Source: Deinococcus lacus
GTDB taxonomy: Bacteria > Deinococcota > Deinococci > Deinococcales > Deinococcaceae
Length of the DNA stretch: 14,774 nucleotides
Assembly: GCF_042661385.1 (NCBI RefSeq)
Contig: NZ_JBHSWD010000004.1
Span: 1-14,774 of the forward strand
Reading direction: 5' to 3'
The position numbers and the translations under genes are program-made. Below are positions 14,119 through 14,774 of this stretch, in pieces; position 1 is the first letter of the stretch, and each line of letters starts with the position of its first letter. A model generated the notes under the pieces. That model was not told the origin of the DNA. It made no database searches and worked only from the letters and a program-made list of their open reading frames with translations.

Positions 14119-14217
14119 ATGGAAGAGATTCTGAAAATACTTCTACCGCTCTTAGCTGTGACTTTCGCTTCTTCCACGCTTTGCAGCGTGTTGCATCTGG
14201 TCGGCAATCATGACTGA
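14119..14217 (+). CDS. Copy 2 32-aa hydrophobic protein
   Basis: The sequence is identical to 6634..6732. Confidence 0.45.
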   Translation: MEEILKILLPLLAVTFASSTLCSVLHLVGNHD

Positions 14218-14350
14218 TTGGTCTGCTGCCGCTCCTGCTATGCAGGCCGCTGCTGTTCCCCTAATAGGCATGCTCGTCGCCGCTCTCGTGGTCATGGCTG
14301 CCGCATTCTGGGTCCGCGTGTTGACTGGAAATCATCAGGATGATGATTAA
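14210..14350 (+). CDS. Copy 2 46-aa TM protein
   Basis: The sequence is identical to 6725..6865. Confidence 0.45.
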   Translation: MTDWSAAAPAMQAAAVPLIGMLVAALVVMAAAFWVRVLTGNHQDDD

Positions 14351-14361
14351 ACGGAGACTGT

Positions 14362-14601
14362 ATGATGAAAACCACTGTTATCCGCCCTATAGCTCCCGCT
14401 CCTTCTCGCTCTGACGTGGCATTTCGTTATGCCGCGCCTCTGATTTTGCTCGCTGGCTCTACGCTGGCTGGCGCACAGGATCTGTCATTTGATGTAAGTG
14501 GCCTGCAAGGCCAAGTCATGACGATCCTTGGCGTTGGCGTGGCGATTGCTATCGCGTTTGCGCTGTTCAAGGTCGGCAAACGCGCTACTAGCCGCATGTA
14601 A
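14362..14601 (+). CDS. Copy 2 major coat protein precursor
   Basis: The translation is identical to 6877..7116. Confidence 0.75.
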   Translation: MMKTTVIRPIAPAPSRSDVAFRYAAPLILLAGSTLAGAQDLSFDVSGLQGQVMTILGVGVAIAIAFALFKVGKRATSRM

Positions 14602-14616
14602 TAGCCGCGTAGTGGT

Positions 14617-14657
14617 AGCAGGCTGCACGGTTTTATGCTGTGTAGCCTGCTTCTTTT
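14617..14657 (+). terminator. Copy 2 terminator after the coat gene
   Basis: The sequence is identical to 7132..7172. Confidence 0.7.
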
Positions 14658-14666
14658 AGGAGAAAC

Positions 14667-14774
14667 ATGGAAGAAATTGCGAAGCTGTTTCAGTTGTTTG
14701 CTATGGCTGCCGGAGTATTAGTGGTGGTCGGCATCATAGGCATAATCATCTATTTCCGCTGGCGTGCGGAAGGA
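14667..14774 (+). CDS. Copy 2 41-aa TM protein, 3' end cut by the window
   Basis: It matches 7182..7307 up to the window edge. Confidence 0.5.
   Translation, partial: MEEIAKLFQLFAMAAGVLVVVGIIGIIIYFRWRAEG

Larger units (their letters stand above)
1..14774 (+). mobile_element. Head-to-tail tandem (about 1.97 units) of a ~7.49 kb inovirus-like filamentous phage genome; unit 1 = 1..7488, unit 2 = 7489..14774 (truncated by window)
   Basis: Every ORF in unit 1 recurs with identical translation at offset +7488, +7487, +7486 or +7485. Gene content and order match the inovirus module (Rep, small TM coat proteins, gIII-gVI-gI). No host sequence is present at either window edge. Confidence 0.85.

Overview
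The window is entirely phage sequence: about 1.97 head-to-tail tandem units of a ~7.49 kb filamentous-phage (inovirus-like) genome. Unit 1 is 1..7488 and unit 2 is 7489..14774, cut by the window end. No host flank is visible, and I saw no integrase, transposase, secretin (pIV-like), tRNA, rRNA or CRISPR. Gene order per unit, nearly all on the + strand: gIII-like adsorption protein, gVI-like membrane protein, Zot/pI-like P-loop ATPase, Rep_trans/RstA-like replication initiator, an AT-rich 78-aa two-TM protein and a 67-aa CxxC zinc-ribbon protein. Next comes a ~0.9 kb GC-rich structured intergenic region, then a divergently transcribed wHTH regulator on the - strand. The unit ends with a ~100-aa gV-position protein, several small TM proteins, a leader-bearing major coat precursor with a strong terminator, and two more small TM proteins. 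By eye the two units differ only by three 1-nt homopolymer contractions in unit 2. Two of these break or alter reading frames (gIII-like, gVI-like). The most unusual features are: (1) an intergenic 178-bp direct duplication carrying nested GTCAAGGG/CCCTTGAC inverted repeats and a same-strand array of GCGAAGC GNA-loop mini-hairpin motifs; (2) a gIII-like protein with thrombospondin-type-3-like poly-Asp repeats plus a triple Cys-bracketed module; (3) sharp GC mosaicism; (4) a Zot-like ATPase with no transmembrane segment; (5) two different coat-like proteins. All family assignments come from motif recall and gene position, not from searches.
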